20,000 nt of DNA from the IMG/VR virus record IMGVR_UViG_3300027714_000006; one strand, 5' to 3'. Below the pieces are notes generated by a model. The model did no database searches. It saw nothing but the letters and a program-made list of their open reading frames with translations, and had not been told where the DNA came from. The stretch comes from an uncultured virus (IMG/VR IMGVR_UViG_3300027714_000006). Its lineage: Duplodnaviria; Heunggongvirae; Uroviricota; Caudoviricetes. Below are positions 1 through 9,253 of the stretch, piece after piece. The translations under genes and the position numbers were made by a program. Position 1 is the first letter of the stretch; every line of letters begins with the position of its first letter.

Positions 1-2
1 GT

Positions 3-1205
3 TTATTTAATGTATATAGAAGTAGGTCTTATACGTGTAAAGTAGAAGCTATGGGTAATGCTACCATACAACCAACAATGTATTTTATGTTAAGACATGT
101 ACCAATGTTTAATGGTCCATATCTAATAACAAAAGTAACACATAGTATTACACCTAATGATATGAATACTAGTTTTGAGGGGGTAAGGTCACCTTTCTAT
201 AAATTACCAGACATTTCAAACCTAGTTGCTAGAGTTAACAAAAGTTACCTAAATAGAGTTAAGAAAAAGAGAGAGATAGAGAGGTCACAAGGTGGATTTA
301 ACCCTGAAGGTACAAAATACACTGACCCACCAGGGTTTACAAGTTCAAGTAAACCAGGACCAAACGGTTCTATTAGAATGATAGTTGTACATGTTACAGC
401 GGGAGAAGATTATGGACCTAATCCGGTTATAGAGATAAACCGACAACATATAAATCGAGGTTTCTCGGGGATAGGTTATCACTACCTAATATCTAGAGGG
501 ACCGGAGGTAGTCAACCAGACGGAGTTATTATGGCGGGAAGACCTTCAGATAAGGTAGGGGCACACACTAGAGGTAAAAATAGTATAAGTTATGGGATAT
601 CAATGGTAGCGAATTGTGCAAAAAAAGGTACATACGATTCCACACCTACTGGTACTAACCCTTATGCTACTACAGCCCAGAAAGAGTCTTTAGTTAATCT
701 ATTAGTTTATCTTTTATTTAAATCTAGGATTTTAATTGTTGTGTATGGCCAAGCAATGCCGGGGTTATTGAGGGACGAGTCAGGTTCAACTCTAAGGATA
801 TTTTTCCCGGATGATACTGACCAAGAACACAAACAAGCTGATACGAATCCAATACCAGTAAGTTATTTAAAGAAAGTAATTTATGGTCATAACCAATTCG
901 CTAGTAAAAGATGTCCGTGTTTTAAAGTACCTGACGCTTTAAATGGTAATTTCGGTACTGATTTACAAAATAAAATTATGGAATATATGTCAGCGGCTGT
1001 TAGTTGGACAACAAGTTACGGTGATAGTAGTATGAAAATAGACGCAAAAGGGAATCCTTTAAATGAGACGGAAGCTACGTCGTTTTACACCGATAACGGA
1101 TTTACCTATTTACCTTTTATGGGTGGATGGACCGTTAACAGTCCAAAACCAGTGTTTTATAAGGATGGGGATTTCACATGGGAAAATAGAAGAGATATAA
1201 CTTAA
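3..1205 (+). CDS. C-terminal part of a baseplate hub-like (gp27/gpD-type) protein fused to an N-acetylmuramoyl-L-alanine amidase (Amidase_2, T7 lysozyme type); 5'-truncated by the window
   Basis: The frame is open upstream of ATG 51 to the window edge (LFNVYRSRSYTCKVEA-MGNAT), so 51 is probably internal. GNATIQPTMYF..PMFNGPYLITKVTHSI..MNTSFEGVR resembles the C-terminal strands of phage hub/late-control D proteins. The amidase motifs IVVHVT (His, 390), GIGYHY, VGAH and YGHNQFASKRCP (His 888, Lys 906, Cys 912) match the T7 lysozyme catalytic set. Confidence 0.8.
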   Translation, partial: LFNVYRSRSYTCKVEAMGNATIQPTMYFMLRHVPMFNGPYLITKVTHSITPNDMNTSFEGVRSPFYKLPDISNLVARVNKSYLNRVKKKREIERSQGGFNPEGTKYTDPPGFTSSSKPGPNGSIRMIVVHVTAGEDYGPNPVIEINRQHINRGFSGIGYHYLISRGTGGSQPDGVIMAGRPSDKVGAHTRGKNSISYGISMVANCAKKGTYDSTPTGTNPYATTAQKESLVNLLVYLLFKSRILIVVYGQAMPGLLRDESGSTLRIFFPDDTDQEHKQADTNPIPVSYLKKVIYGHNQFASKRCPCFKVPDALNGNFGTDLQNKIMEYMSAAVSWTTSYGDSSMKIDAKGNPLNETEATSFYTDNGFTYLPFMGGWTVNSPKPVFYKDGDFTWENRRDIT

Positions 1206-1224
1206 CATTTGTTTAATAACTGTA

Positions 1225-1238
1225 TATTTATAATAAAA
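1225..1238 (+). promoter_or_regulatory. Putative phage promoter motif TATTTATAATAAAA
   Basis: Starts 21 nt before ATG 1246; an identical 14-mer occurs at 9481-9494. Confidence 0.6.
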
Positions 1239-1245
1239 AGCAATT

Positions 1246-1452
1246 ATGTCAGAAAAATTAGAAAACACATTAAACAATTTTCTTGGTAACGAGAAAAGAA
1301 GAATTAAAGAAACCAACCTAGGTAATGGTATGACTGAAGTTTGTGATTTGGAGACAGGGGAATGTCACACAATCAAAACTAAAGATGGCTTAGTAGAAAA
1401 GGTTAATAAAACAATGATAACAGAAGATGGTAGGACTCTTTTAAATGGCTAA
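1246..1452 (+). CDS. Small hypothetical phage protein (68 aa) with a CDLETGEC motif
   Basis: Fills the intergenic gap, has an A-rich leader and upstream motif, and overlaps the next ORF start by 8 nt. Confidence 0.75.
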   Translation: MSEKLENTLNNFLGNEKRRIKETNLGNGMTEVCDLETGECHTIKTKDGLVEKVNKTMITEDGRTLLNG

Positions 1453-2218
1453 TATGAAAGTAGATAAAATTTTAACAGAAGAAATTAAAAGGTTTAATGA
1501 GATAGGTGGGTACGTAAACAACCTAGACGAAATGACTTTAGGTTTTGCCGCGGCAAACCCTTGGGGTAAAACTGAATTAGGTGAACAAGAAACTGATGCT
1601 CCTGAAGAAGATATGGATTTAGAAGATACTGAAGGTGGAGATGACTTAGAGATGTCATCGGTAGAAGTACCTGGTGGTGACGAAGAAATGGACATGGACA
1701 TGGACATGGATGTTGAAGGTGGTGATGAAGAAATGGAGACTGAAACTACTGACGATTCCGGTGGTACCGAAGAAGTGGATGTTACTGATATTGTGGATAC
1801 AGCGAAAGAAGCAAGTGATAAGGCTGGTAAAGCATCTGAGGGGATAGATAAACAAAGTGGAAAAATCGATAGTTTATTGTCTAAATTAGATAACTTAGAA
1901 TCTAAATTAGGTGATATGGACCAAGTTATGGCTAATATAGAAGCCCTTGAAGGTCAAATTGAATCACTAAGACCCCCAACCCCAAAAGAAAGATTAGAAA
2001 TGAGGTCATTGGATAGTGGGCCATTTAACCAAACACCAGATGACTTTTTTGCAGAAAAAAAGCCAGAGATGGAAAAGTCAGGAAAAAATGAGTATGTTTT
2101 AACACAAGAAGACGTAGAAAATTATAATGACGCTGAAATAGAAGCTAGTTTAGATGGTCCAGAGAAAGAAGAAACTAATGAAAACGATTATGAAAGAAAG
2201 TTAAAAGTGTTTAGATAA
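1445..2218 (+). CDS. Highly acidic low-complexity/coiled-coil protein (257 aa), possibly a head scaffold or internal protein
   Basis: D/E-rich disordered centre, heptad-like segment (IDSLLSKLDNLESKLGDMDQVMANIEALEGQIESL) and several [IL]-x-E motifs at the N-terminus. The function is inferred. Confidence 0.7.
   Translation: MANMKVDKILTEEIKRFNEIGGYVNNLDEMTLGFAAANPWGKTELGEQETDAPEEDMDLEDTEGGDDLEMSSVEVPGGDEEMDMDMDMDVEGGDEEMETETTDDSGGTEEVDVTDIVDTAKEASDKAGKASEGIDKQSGKIDSLLSKLDNLESKLGDMDQVMANIEALEGQIESLRPPTPKERLEMRSLDSGPFNQTPDDFFAEKKPEMEKSGKNEYVLTQEDVENYNDAEIEASLDGPEKEETNENDYERKLKVFR
1688..1711 (+). repeat. Hexamer tandem repeat (ATGGAC)x3+ATGGAT encoding MDMDMDMD, flanked by duplicated GGDEEM codons
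   Basis: Read directly from the sequence; ggtggtgacgaagaaatgga lies before it and ggtggtgatgaagaaatgga after it. Confidence 0.85.
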
Positions 2219-2250
2219 TATTCTCGACAAAAAATAATTTAAAATAATTG

Positions 2251-2279
2251 GACGGGGACTTTACCTCGTCTTTTTTTTT
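2251..2279 (+). terminator. Rho-independent terminator
   Basis: Stem GACGGGG / CCTCGTC (one G-U pair), loop ACTTTA, followed by 9 T, about 30 nt after stop 2218. Confidence 0.8.
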
Positions 2280-2338
2280 GTCTATATTTTAAATAAAAAT
2301 TCGAATATAAAATTAACTAATTAAAAAAAAACAAAATT

Positions 2339-3208
2339 ATGAGTAGCTTAGACGCAATCCTTAACCAGTACGAGAAAAACCAGACACCAAACACACAAAA
2401 GAAATTTGTGAGTAACGAAGATAGATTAAAAAAATACTTTGCCGCTTTCCTACCTAAAGGACAAAAAGATGGTGAAAAACAAGTAAGAATTCTACCGACA
2501 AAAGACGGGTCATCACCATTTAAAGAAGTGTGGTTCCATGAAGTTCAAATTCAAGGAAGATGGCAAAAATTATACGACCCAGGTAAAAACGCAGATGGGT
2601 CACCTACTGGAGATAGAAGTCCTTTAAATGATGTTGAAGAGGCTTTAAAACTTACTGGTAATGCACAAGATAAAGATTTAGCTAGACAATACAGGTCTAG
2701 AAAGTTTTACATAGTTAAAGTTGTAGATAGACAAAATGAAGAAGATGGTGTTAAATTCTGGAGATTTAAACACAATTATAAAGGTGACGGTATTATGGAT
2801 AAACTAGTACCACTATTCCAAAAAAGGGGTGATATTACAGACCAAAAAGAAGGTAGAGACATCACACTAATCCTTAAACAAGTTAAATCACCAAACGGTG
2901 TAACATATACGTCAGTAAGTACTATTATGACAGAAGACCCATCAACATTAAGTGATGACGCGACTTCAAGGGAAGAGTGGTTAGGTAATGACGAAGTTTG
3001 GAAAGATGTTTACGCACAGAAAACTGTAGAGTACTTAGAAGCTATCTCAAAAGGTGAAACACCAGAGTGGGATAGTGAACTTAAAAAATATGTGTATTCA
3101 GGCTCAGAACAAACAGAGATGAATACTGATACAAAACAAACAGAAACAGAAAAAGAAATTACGGACCCACAAAGTAATTCCCCACAAGATGAGGATTTAC
3201 CATTTTAA
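2339..3208 (+). CDS. Single-stranded DNA-binding protein, T4 gp32-like
   Basis: VRILP...PFKEVWFH, FYIVKVVDR, VKFWRF and GDITD..EGRDITL motifs typical of gp32-like SSBs; acidic tail ending DEDLPF; lies next to RecA. Confidence 0.8.
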   Translation: MSSLDAILNQYEKNQTPNTQKKFVSNEDRLKKYFAAFLPKGQKDGEKQVRILPTKDGSSPFKEVWFHEVQIQGRWQKLYDPGKNADGSPTGDRSPLNDVEEALKLTGNAQDKDLARQYRSRKFYIVKVVDRQNEEDGVKFWRFKHNYKGDGIMDKLVPLFQKRGDITDQKEGRDITLILKQVKSPNGVTYTSVSTIMTEDPSTLSDDATSREEWLGNDEVWKDVYAQKTVEYLEAISKGETPEWDSELKKYVYSGSEQTEMNTDTKQTETEKEITDPQSNSPQDEDLPF

Positions 3209-3217
3209 TAAAAAGAT

Positions 3218-4213
3218 ATGGCAATAAAGAAAAAGAATTTTTCAGAGATTAAACAAAAGTTTTCTAAGAAAGCAATATACAAAGCAGATAGGTTTTTTGA
3301 TTTGGGTGAAGCCTTTATAGACGCGACCGGATTACCCGGTCCGGCTATGGGGCACATCAATATGATGTTAGGACATAGTGATACTGGTAAGACCACAGCA
3401 TTAGTTAAAACAGCTGTTGATGCCCAGAAAAAAAACATATTACCAGTTTTTTTAATCACTGAACAAAAATGGGATTTCGACCACGCTAAATTAATGGGTC
3501 TAGATTGTGAAAAAACTGAGACTGGGGAATGGGACGGATTTTTCCTCTTTAATAACGACTTCCAATACATAGAACAGATTACCGACTATATTAACGAACT
3601 TATCGACGCTCAACTTAAAGGTGAGTTAGAATACGACTTATTGTTTTTATGGGATTCTGTTGGTTCTGTACCTTGTCAAATGACTTTTGAAGGTAAAGGT
3701 GGGAAAATGCATAACGCGGCCGCATTAGCTGATAAAGTGGGCATGGGGATTAACCAAAGAATTTCAGGGAGTAGAAAGGAAAGTGCGAAATACATGAACA
3801 CACTAGTGGTAGTAAATCAACCCTGGGTTGAACTACCAGACAACCCATTCGGTCAACCAAAAATAAAAGCTAAAGGAGGTGAAGCTCTTTGGTTAAACTC
3901 AACTCTAGTTTTCCTATTTGGGAATCAAAAAAACGCTGGTATAGGGAAAATAACGGCCACAAAAGAAAAAAGAAAGATTAAATTTGCTACTAGAAGTAAA
4001 GTTTCTGTTATGAAAAACCACGTTAATGGGTTAGGATACGACGATGGTAAGATTTTAATAGTAGCACACGGGTTTTTAAAAGGTAGAGACAAAAAAGACG
4101 AAAAGGAATCTATTGATACGTATAAAGAACAAAATTCCTCATATTGGAATAGGATTATAGGTAGTGAAGGTGGATTCAACATCTCTGATGAAGAGACTGG
4201 AGAGTTGTACTAA
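3218..4213 (+). CDS. recA: RecA/UvsX-like recombinase
   Basis: Walker A GHSDTGKT, ITEQKWD, Walker B LFLWDSVG, VVVNQ, KAKGGEAL and VMKNHV motifs; 331 aa. Confidence 0.9.
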   Translation: MAIKKKNFSEIKQKFSKKAIYKADRFFDLGEAFIDATGLPGPAMGHINMMLGHSDTGKTTALVKTAVDAQKKNILPVFLITEQKWDFDHAKLMGLDCEKTETGEWDGFFLFNNDFQYIEQITDYINELIDAQLKGELEYDLLFLWDSVGSVPCQMTFEGKGGKMHNAAALADKVGMGINQRISGSRKESAKYMNTLVVVNQPWVELPDNPFGQPKIKAKGGEALWLNSTLVFLFGNQKNAGIGKITATKEKRKIKFATRSKVSVMKNHVNGLGYDDGKILIVAHGFLKGRDKKDEKESIDTYKEQNSSYWNRIIGSEGGFNISDEETGELY

Positions 4214-4243
4214 AAATGTTGTTTAACCTATAAAAAATTACCA

Positions 4244-5251
4244 GTGATACACACTCTTATTATTGACGGAAATTCCCTATTTAAAATAGGGTTCCATGGT
4301 GTAAAAAACTTTTACAATGACGAACAACATGTGGGGGCTATCTTTCATTTTGTCAACACAATTAAAAAAAGTTTGATAGATGATGGATACGATAAGGTTG
4401 TTGTTTTTTGGGATGGACAAAAACACAATGTTAAACGAAGAGAACTGTACCCACCTTATAAAGTTGGGAGAAAACGGGATATGGTCAGAGAAGATAGTGA
4501 ATCCTTCCAATACCAACACAACAGAGTTAAAGAATACCTAGAAGATTTATTTATAAGACAAGGAGAGTATGAATATGCGGAAGCAGATGACTGTATAGCG
4601 TACTATTGTCAAAACTCCCCAGAAGAAAAAAAGACAATTTATACTGTAGATAAAGATTTAACACAATTAATATCGGAAGATGTGAAAGTATATCTTGCGT
4701 CTACAAAAACTGAACTAACATATAAAGATAAAATACCTTTAAGACATATTTCTGTACCACCATGTAATATACCTTTAGTTAAAATTTTGGTAGGTGATAG
4801 TTCAGATAATTTTGGTGGTATAGAAAAGTTAGGTGAAAAAACTTTATTAAAAATGTTTCCAAAAGTTGTAGAAGAATACATTAATTTTGATTATATTTTT
4901 GATATTAGTAAGGAAATTATTAATGAATCTCCTAAGAATGTTATAGCTAATAACATCCTTAATGGTAAAAGTAGAGAAGGTGAGTTTGGTTTGGATTTTT
5001 ATTCTATGGGGACTAAATTAATAGATTTAAAAAAACCTATACTAAAAGAAGAAAGTAAGAAGGAAATAGACGAATTGATTAACTCACCACTGGACCCAAC
5101 AGGGAGACACTGGAAAAACGTTATGAAATTAATGATGGAAGATGGGTTATTTAGGTTTCTACCAAAAAAAGACGATGGTTGGTCAGAATACTTACAACCT
5201 TTTATAATATTAGGAAGAACAGAAAAGAAAAAATATAAAAAATTAAAATAA
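4244..5251 (+). CDS. 5'-3' exonuclease / flap endonuclease (PolI N-terminal / T4 RNase H-like)
   Basis: GTG start; LIIDGNS, VFWDG, RRELYPPYK, EADD, TVDKDL and GDSSDN..GIEKLGEKT (helix-3-turn-helix) motifs. Confidence 0.9.
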   Translation: MIHTLIIDGNSLFKIGFHGVKNFYNDEQHVGAIFHFVNTIKKSLIDDGYDKVVVFWDGQKHNVKRRELYPPYKVGRKRDMVREDSESFQYQHNRVKEYLEDLFIRQGEYEYAEADDCIAYYCQNSPEEKKTIYTVDKDLTQLISEDVKVYLASTKTELTYKDKIPLRHISVPPCNIPLVKILVGDSSDNFGGIEKLGEKTLLKMFPKVVEEYINFDYIFDISKEIINESPKNVIANNILNGKSREGEFGLDFYSMGTKLIDLKKPILKEESKKEIDELINSPLDPTGRHWKNVMKLMMEDGLFRFLPKKDDGWSEYLQPFIILGRTEKKKYKKLK

Positions 5252-5259
5252 ACAATGCT

Positions 5260-5718
5260 ATGAAAATTAAGAATGATAATTTAAAAGATATAACAAAATT
5301 TGAGTTTCTATTAACCATTGACGACAACATTATTTGTCAAAGATACTTCAATGTTAGGAAATATAACTCAAAAACAATGGACAGTATTGATGTGCATGAT
5401 ACCATGTGTGACATATCAAGCGGGCTAGAAGAAGAGCTCATAAATAAGTCTATTGACAGACTTTATGACGAATATAACCCTTATCGGTTTAAGAAAGAAT
5501 CTGATGACAAACTGACTATTGTTGATAAACCTACATTATGGGATGAAAAATTTCATCTTATTTTAAAGCTAAATGGAAACGAGGTATACCACAGAATTTT
5601 ACCTGCAGGGATATACCCACCCAAGGTAAGATATACTGTGGACATTAGACCTATCATACCTAGAATCTTGAATGAGTTATCGGACACTTTGTCACGTAAA
5701 CAACTTAGCTATTATTAG
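5260..5718 (+). CDS. Hypothetical phage protein (152 aa) between exonuclease and helicase
   Basis: Tightly packed plus-strand ORF with no recognisable motif. Confidence 0.8.
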   Translation: MKIKNDNLKDITKFEFLLTIDDNIICQRYFNVRKYNSKTMDSIDVHDTMCDISSGLEEELINKSIDRLYDEYNPYRFKKESDDKLTIVDKPTLWDEKFHLILKLNGNEVYHRILPAGIYPPKVRYTVDIRPIIPRILNELSDTLSRKQLSYY

Positions 5719-5736
5719 CAGAGAATACACATACTA

Positions 5737-5747
5737 AAACTATTTAT
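5737..5747 (+). promoter_or_regulatory. Putative phage promoter motif AAAC-TATTTAT
   Basis: TATTTAT at 5741 starts 21 nt before ATG 5762; the same 11-mer occurs at 11851. Confidence 0.5.
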
Positions 5748-5761
5748 TGTTACACTAAAAG

Positions 5762-7150
5762 ATGCACATGACTACTACTAATGAAAATTTTGGATACCTA
5801 GGAAATAACTTCCAACTCAAACTAATTAATCAAATAATAACCGACAAAAAATTTGCAGCGATAATTCTCGATGTTATAGATTCTCGCTATTTTGATAATC
5901 AATATTATAGATTGATTATGCAGATGGTAAAAGAATACTATGAGAAGTATCAAACCACACCTTCTTTCGAGGCTTTAGACCAAATCACTAGAATAGAAGT
6001 GACTTCTGAAATGGCACAAAGAAATATATTTGATATGTTGGTGGAAATTAAAAAAATATCATATGAAGACCATTTATGGGTACAAGAAAAATCTCTTAAA
6101 TTCTGTAAACAACAAGAATTAAAAAAAGCTATTAAAAAAGTTAATAAAATTTTAGAGAAGGGGGATTTCGAATCCTATGATAAATGTGAAGAGTATATAA
6201 GGGATGCCATTCAGGTAGGTGAGGATGGTGAAGGAGCTATGGATGTGTTTTCTAAGTTAGATGAGGCACTACAAGAAGATTTTAGACACCCAGTACCGAC
6301 AGGAATAACTGGTATAGATAATTTATTAGATGGTGGTTTAGCTAAAGGTGAAATAGGTGTTTTTTTAGCACCAACCGGGGTTGGTAAAACAACAATGTTA
6401 ACTAAAATAGCTAATGAAGCTTATAATGCTGGGTATAATGTATTACAAATATTTTTTGAAGATAACCCTAAAATTATACAACGTAAACATATAACTTGTT
6501 GGACGAAAATACCATCAAAACAACAATCAGCAAAAAAAGAAGAGGTTTTAGAACTATTAGATAAAAGTAGGACAAAAGGTAGGTTAATATTGGAAAAATT
6601 ACCATCAGATAGTATTACAATGAATAACATAAAAAATAAAATAAGAAAATTAGTATCAGAAGGTAATAAATTTGATGTGATAGTTTTAGATTATATAGAT
6701 TGTGTTATACCTAGTAAAAGTTTTGAAAATGAATGGAAAGGTGAGGGGGCAGTTATGAGACAGTTCGAAACTATGTGCACAGAAATGGATATGGTGGGTT
6801 GGACAGCAGCACAAGGGAATAGAACTTCTATAGGTTCTGATGTTGTAACGACAGATATGATGGGTGGGTCGATAAAAAAAGCACAAGTTGGTCACGTAAT
6901 CATATCTATTGCTAAGACATTACAACAAAAAGAATTAGGGTTAGCGACTATTGCAATAACTAAGTCAAGGATAGGTCAAGACGGTATCGTATTTGAAAAC
7001 TGTAAGTTTGATAACGAGTTTTTGGAAATAGATACCGCACAATCACAAACTTTCCTAGGTGTAGAAGAGGATAAGGAACAAAGAAATAGAGATAGGGTCT
7101 CTCAGGCTCTACAGAGAAGAGAACAAATAATTAATAAAAATAAAAGTTAA
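5762..7150 (+). CDS. dnaB: Replicative DNA helicase, DnaB/T4 gp41-like (SF4)
   Basis: TGITGIDNLLDGGLAKGE, Walker A APTGVGKT, FFED, Walker B IVLDYID, AAQGNR and ITKSR motifs. The start could be 5768. Confidence 0.9.
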   Translation: MHMTTTNENFGYLGNNFQLKLINQIITDKKFAAIILDVIDSRYFDNQYYRLIMQMVKEYYEKYQTTPSFEALDQITRIEVTSEMAQRNIFDMLVEIKKISYEDHLWVQEKSLKFCKQQELKKAIKKVNKILEKGDFESYDKCEEYIRDAIQVGEDGEGAMDVFSKLDEALQEDFRHPVPTGITGIDNLLDGGLAKGEIGVFLAPTGVGKTTMLTKIANEAYNAGYNVLQIFFEDNPKIIQRKHITCWTKIPSKQQSAKKEEVLELLDKSRTKGRLILEKLPSDSITMNNIKNKIRKLVSEGNKFDVIVLDYIDCVIPSKSFENEWKGEGAVMRQFETMCTEMDMVGWTAAQGNRTSIGSDVVTTDMMGGSIKKAQVGHVIISIAKTLQQKELGLATIAITKSRIGQDGIVFENCKFDNEFLEIDTAQSQTFLGVEEDKEQRNRDRVSQALQRREQIINKNKS

Positions 7151-7155
7151 AATAT

Positions 7156-9075
7156 ATGGAAGTATCAAATAAAATTTTATCAGACATCACTGTTTATATG
7201 AAGTATGCGAAGTACATCCCGGAGTTAAATAGAAGAGAGACATGGGAAGAATTGGTAACACGTAATAAAAATATGCATATAAAAAGATACCCACACCTAG
7301 TGGATGATATCGAAGAAAAATATAAATTGGTATATAATAAAAAAGTTCTACCATCAATGAGGAGTATGCAATTCGGTGGTAAACCAATTGAGATATCCCC
7401 AAACAGAATTTATAACTGTGCTTATCTACCTATAGACCACGTGGATTCATTTTCAGAAACAATGTTCTTATTGTTAGGTGGTACAGGGGTAGGTTATTCA
7501 GTACAAAGACATCACGTATTAAAATTACCAGTAATTCAAAAACCGTACCCAAAGAAAAAAAGAAGATTTTTGATTGGGGACTCTATTGAAGGGTGGGCAG
7601 ACGCAATTAAAGTTTTAATGAAATCATATATGAATGGTGGTGGTAGTAAAATAGAATTTGATTATTCGGACGTAAGACCAAAAGGAGCTAGATTAATTAC
7701 CTCAGGAGGTAAAGCACCAGGACCACAACCACTAAAAGAATGTCTGGTTAAGATTGAAGGTACACTATCCCAAAAAGAAAATGGGGATAGGTTATCTACA
7801 TTAGAAGTTCATGACATTATTTGTTATATAGCAGATGCTGTATTAGCTGGTGGTATTAGGAGAGCCGCACTAATTAGTTTATTCTCAGCTGATGACGACT
7901 CAATGATTGGTTGTAAATCAGGTAATTGGTGGGAACTTAACCCACAAAGAGGTAGAGCAAACAACTCAGCTTGTTTAATGAGACATAAAATCACTAAAGA
8001 ATTCTTTATGGAGTTATGGAAGAGGGTTGAATTATCTGGAGCAGGGGAACCTGGAATTTATTTAAACAATGACAAAGATTGGGGAACAAACCCATGTTGT
8101 GAAATTGCCTTAAGACCATACCAATTCTGTAACCTATGTGAAGTTAATGTCTCAAATATTGAATCCCAAGAAGACCTAAATGAGAGAGTAAAAACAGCAG
8201 CATTTATCGGTACACTACAAGCAGGGTATACTGAATTTCATTATCTAAGAGACGTGTGGAGAGAAACAACAGAAAAAGAGGCTTTAATTGGTGTATCAAT
8301 GACGGGTATTGGTTCTGGTAAAGTATTAAAGTATGATATGAAAAAAGCCGCAAGTTTGGTTAAGAGAGAAAACACAAGAGTGTCTAAGTTATTAGGGATA
8401 AATCAGGCAGCAAGAACCACAACAGTTAAACCTGCAGGAACAACATCATTAACATTAGGTACATCATCTGGTATTCATGCATGGCATAACGAACATTATA
8501 TTCGAAGAGTTAGGGTGGGTAAAAATGAAGCTATTTATTCTTACTTAAACATTAATCACCCAGAACTTCTAGAGGATGATTACTTTAGACCACATGACAC
8601 AGCAGTCATTAGTATACCACAAAAAGCACCAAAAAATTCCATACTAAGAACTGAATCACCATTTGATTTATTAGAAAGAGTAAAAAAAGTCGCTACTGAA
8701 TGGGTAAGGTCAGGACATAGAAAAGGTTCTAATTCTCACAATGTATCGGCTACCATATCATTAAAGGAAGACGAATGGGATTTGGCAGGAGAATGGATGT
8801 GGGCCAATAGAAAACACTACAATGGTTTATCGGTATTACCTTATGATGGAGGTTCTTATATACAAGCACCATTCGAAGATATAACCGAAGAGAAATATAA
8901 AGAGATGTTGAAAACATTAATTGATATAGATTTATCTAGAGTTGTTGAATTAGACGATAATACTGATTTATCTGGTGAATTAGCTTGTGCAGGTGGTAGT
9001 TGTGAAATTGATGTTGATTTAAAAGAATTGAGTAAAGATGGTTCTACAAAAGAAATTGGTGAAACACAAATATAG
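7156..9075 (+). CDS. nrdJ: Class II (adenosylcobalamin-dependent) ribonucleotide reductase, monomeric RTPR-like
   Basis: PSMR, YNCAY, GGTGVG, RRAALI, GEPG, TNPCCEI (thiyl Cys, 8095), FCNL, KPAGTTS and the C-terminal redox pair ACAGGSC. There is no class I C-terminal Tyr-Tyr, no adjacent beta subunit and no ATP cone. Confidence 0.9.
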   Translation: MEVSNKILSDITVYMKYAKYIPELNRRETWEELVTRNKNMHIKRYPHLVDDIEEKYKLVYNKKVLPSMRSMQFGGKPIEISPNRIYNCAYLPIDHVDSFSETMFLLLGGTGVGYSVQRHHVLKLPVIQKPYPKKKRRFLIGDSIEGWADAIKVLMKSYMNGGGSKIEFDYSDVRPKGARLITSGGKAPGPQPLKECLVKIEGTLSQKENGDRLSTLEVHDIICYIADAVLAGGIRRAALISLFSADDDSMIGCKSGNWWELNPQRGRANNSACLMRHKITKEFFMELWKRVELSGAGEPGIYLNNDKDWGTNPCCEIALRPYQFCNLCEVNVSNIESQEDLNERVKTAAFIGTLQAGYTEFHYLRDVWRETTEKEALIGVSMTGIGSGKVLKYDMKKAASLVKRENTRVSKLLGINQAARTTTVKPAGTTSLTLGTSSGIHAWHNEHYIRRVRVGKNEAIYSYLNINHPELLEDDYFRPHDTAVISIPQKAPKNSILRTESPFDLLERVKKVATEWVRSGHRKGSNSHNVSATISLKEDEWDLAGEWMWANRKHYNGLSVLPYDGGSYIQAPFEDITEEKYKEMLKTLIDIDLSRVVELDDNTDLSGELACAGGSCEIDVDLKELSKDGSTKEIGETQI

Positions 9076-9253
9076 TAAAGAAACATTATATCACTTTAAC
9101 TGTGGTGAATGTAGTAAATGGTGGTCAATAGCTGACTACCATTTCTTTTCTAAAGACGTACCAAAAAACAAAGAAAAGGTACCTAATTTATTAATATGTC
9201 CTCATTGTGGGTACAAAGAAGGAATAAAGGAGATAAAAGATGAAAAGAAGTGA
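9038..9253 (+). CDS. Small zinc-ribbon protein (CGEC...CPHC)
   Basis: Two CxxC motifs. Overlaps the end of nrdJ; the real start may be GTG 9059. Confidence 0.7.
   Translation: MVLQKKLVKHKYSKETLYHFNCGECSKWWSIADYHFFSKDVPKNKEKVPNLLICPHCGYKEGIKEIKDEKK

Noticed and set aside
51..53. ATG 51 as the start of a stand-alone endolysin
   Set aside because: The frame is open to the window edge and the upstream residues continue a hub-like motif.
5710..5737. Possible premature stop or frameshift at the end of the 152-aa ORF (another frame reads ..SREYTY*)
   Set aside because: It would affect only a few residues and cannot be supported without homologue alignment.
3218..9075. Inteins, introns or homing endonucleases in RecA, helicase or NrdJ
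   Set aside because: Lengths are normal, motifs are contiguous and no splicing or endonuclease motifs are seen.
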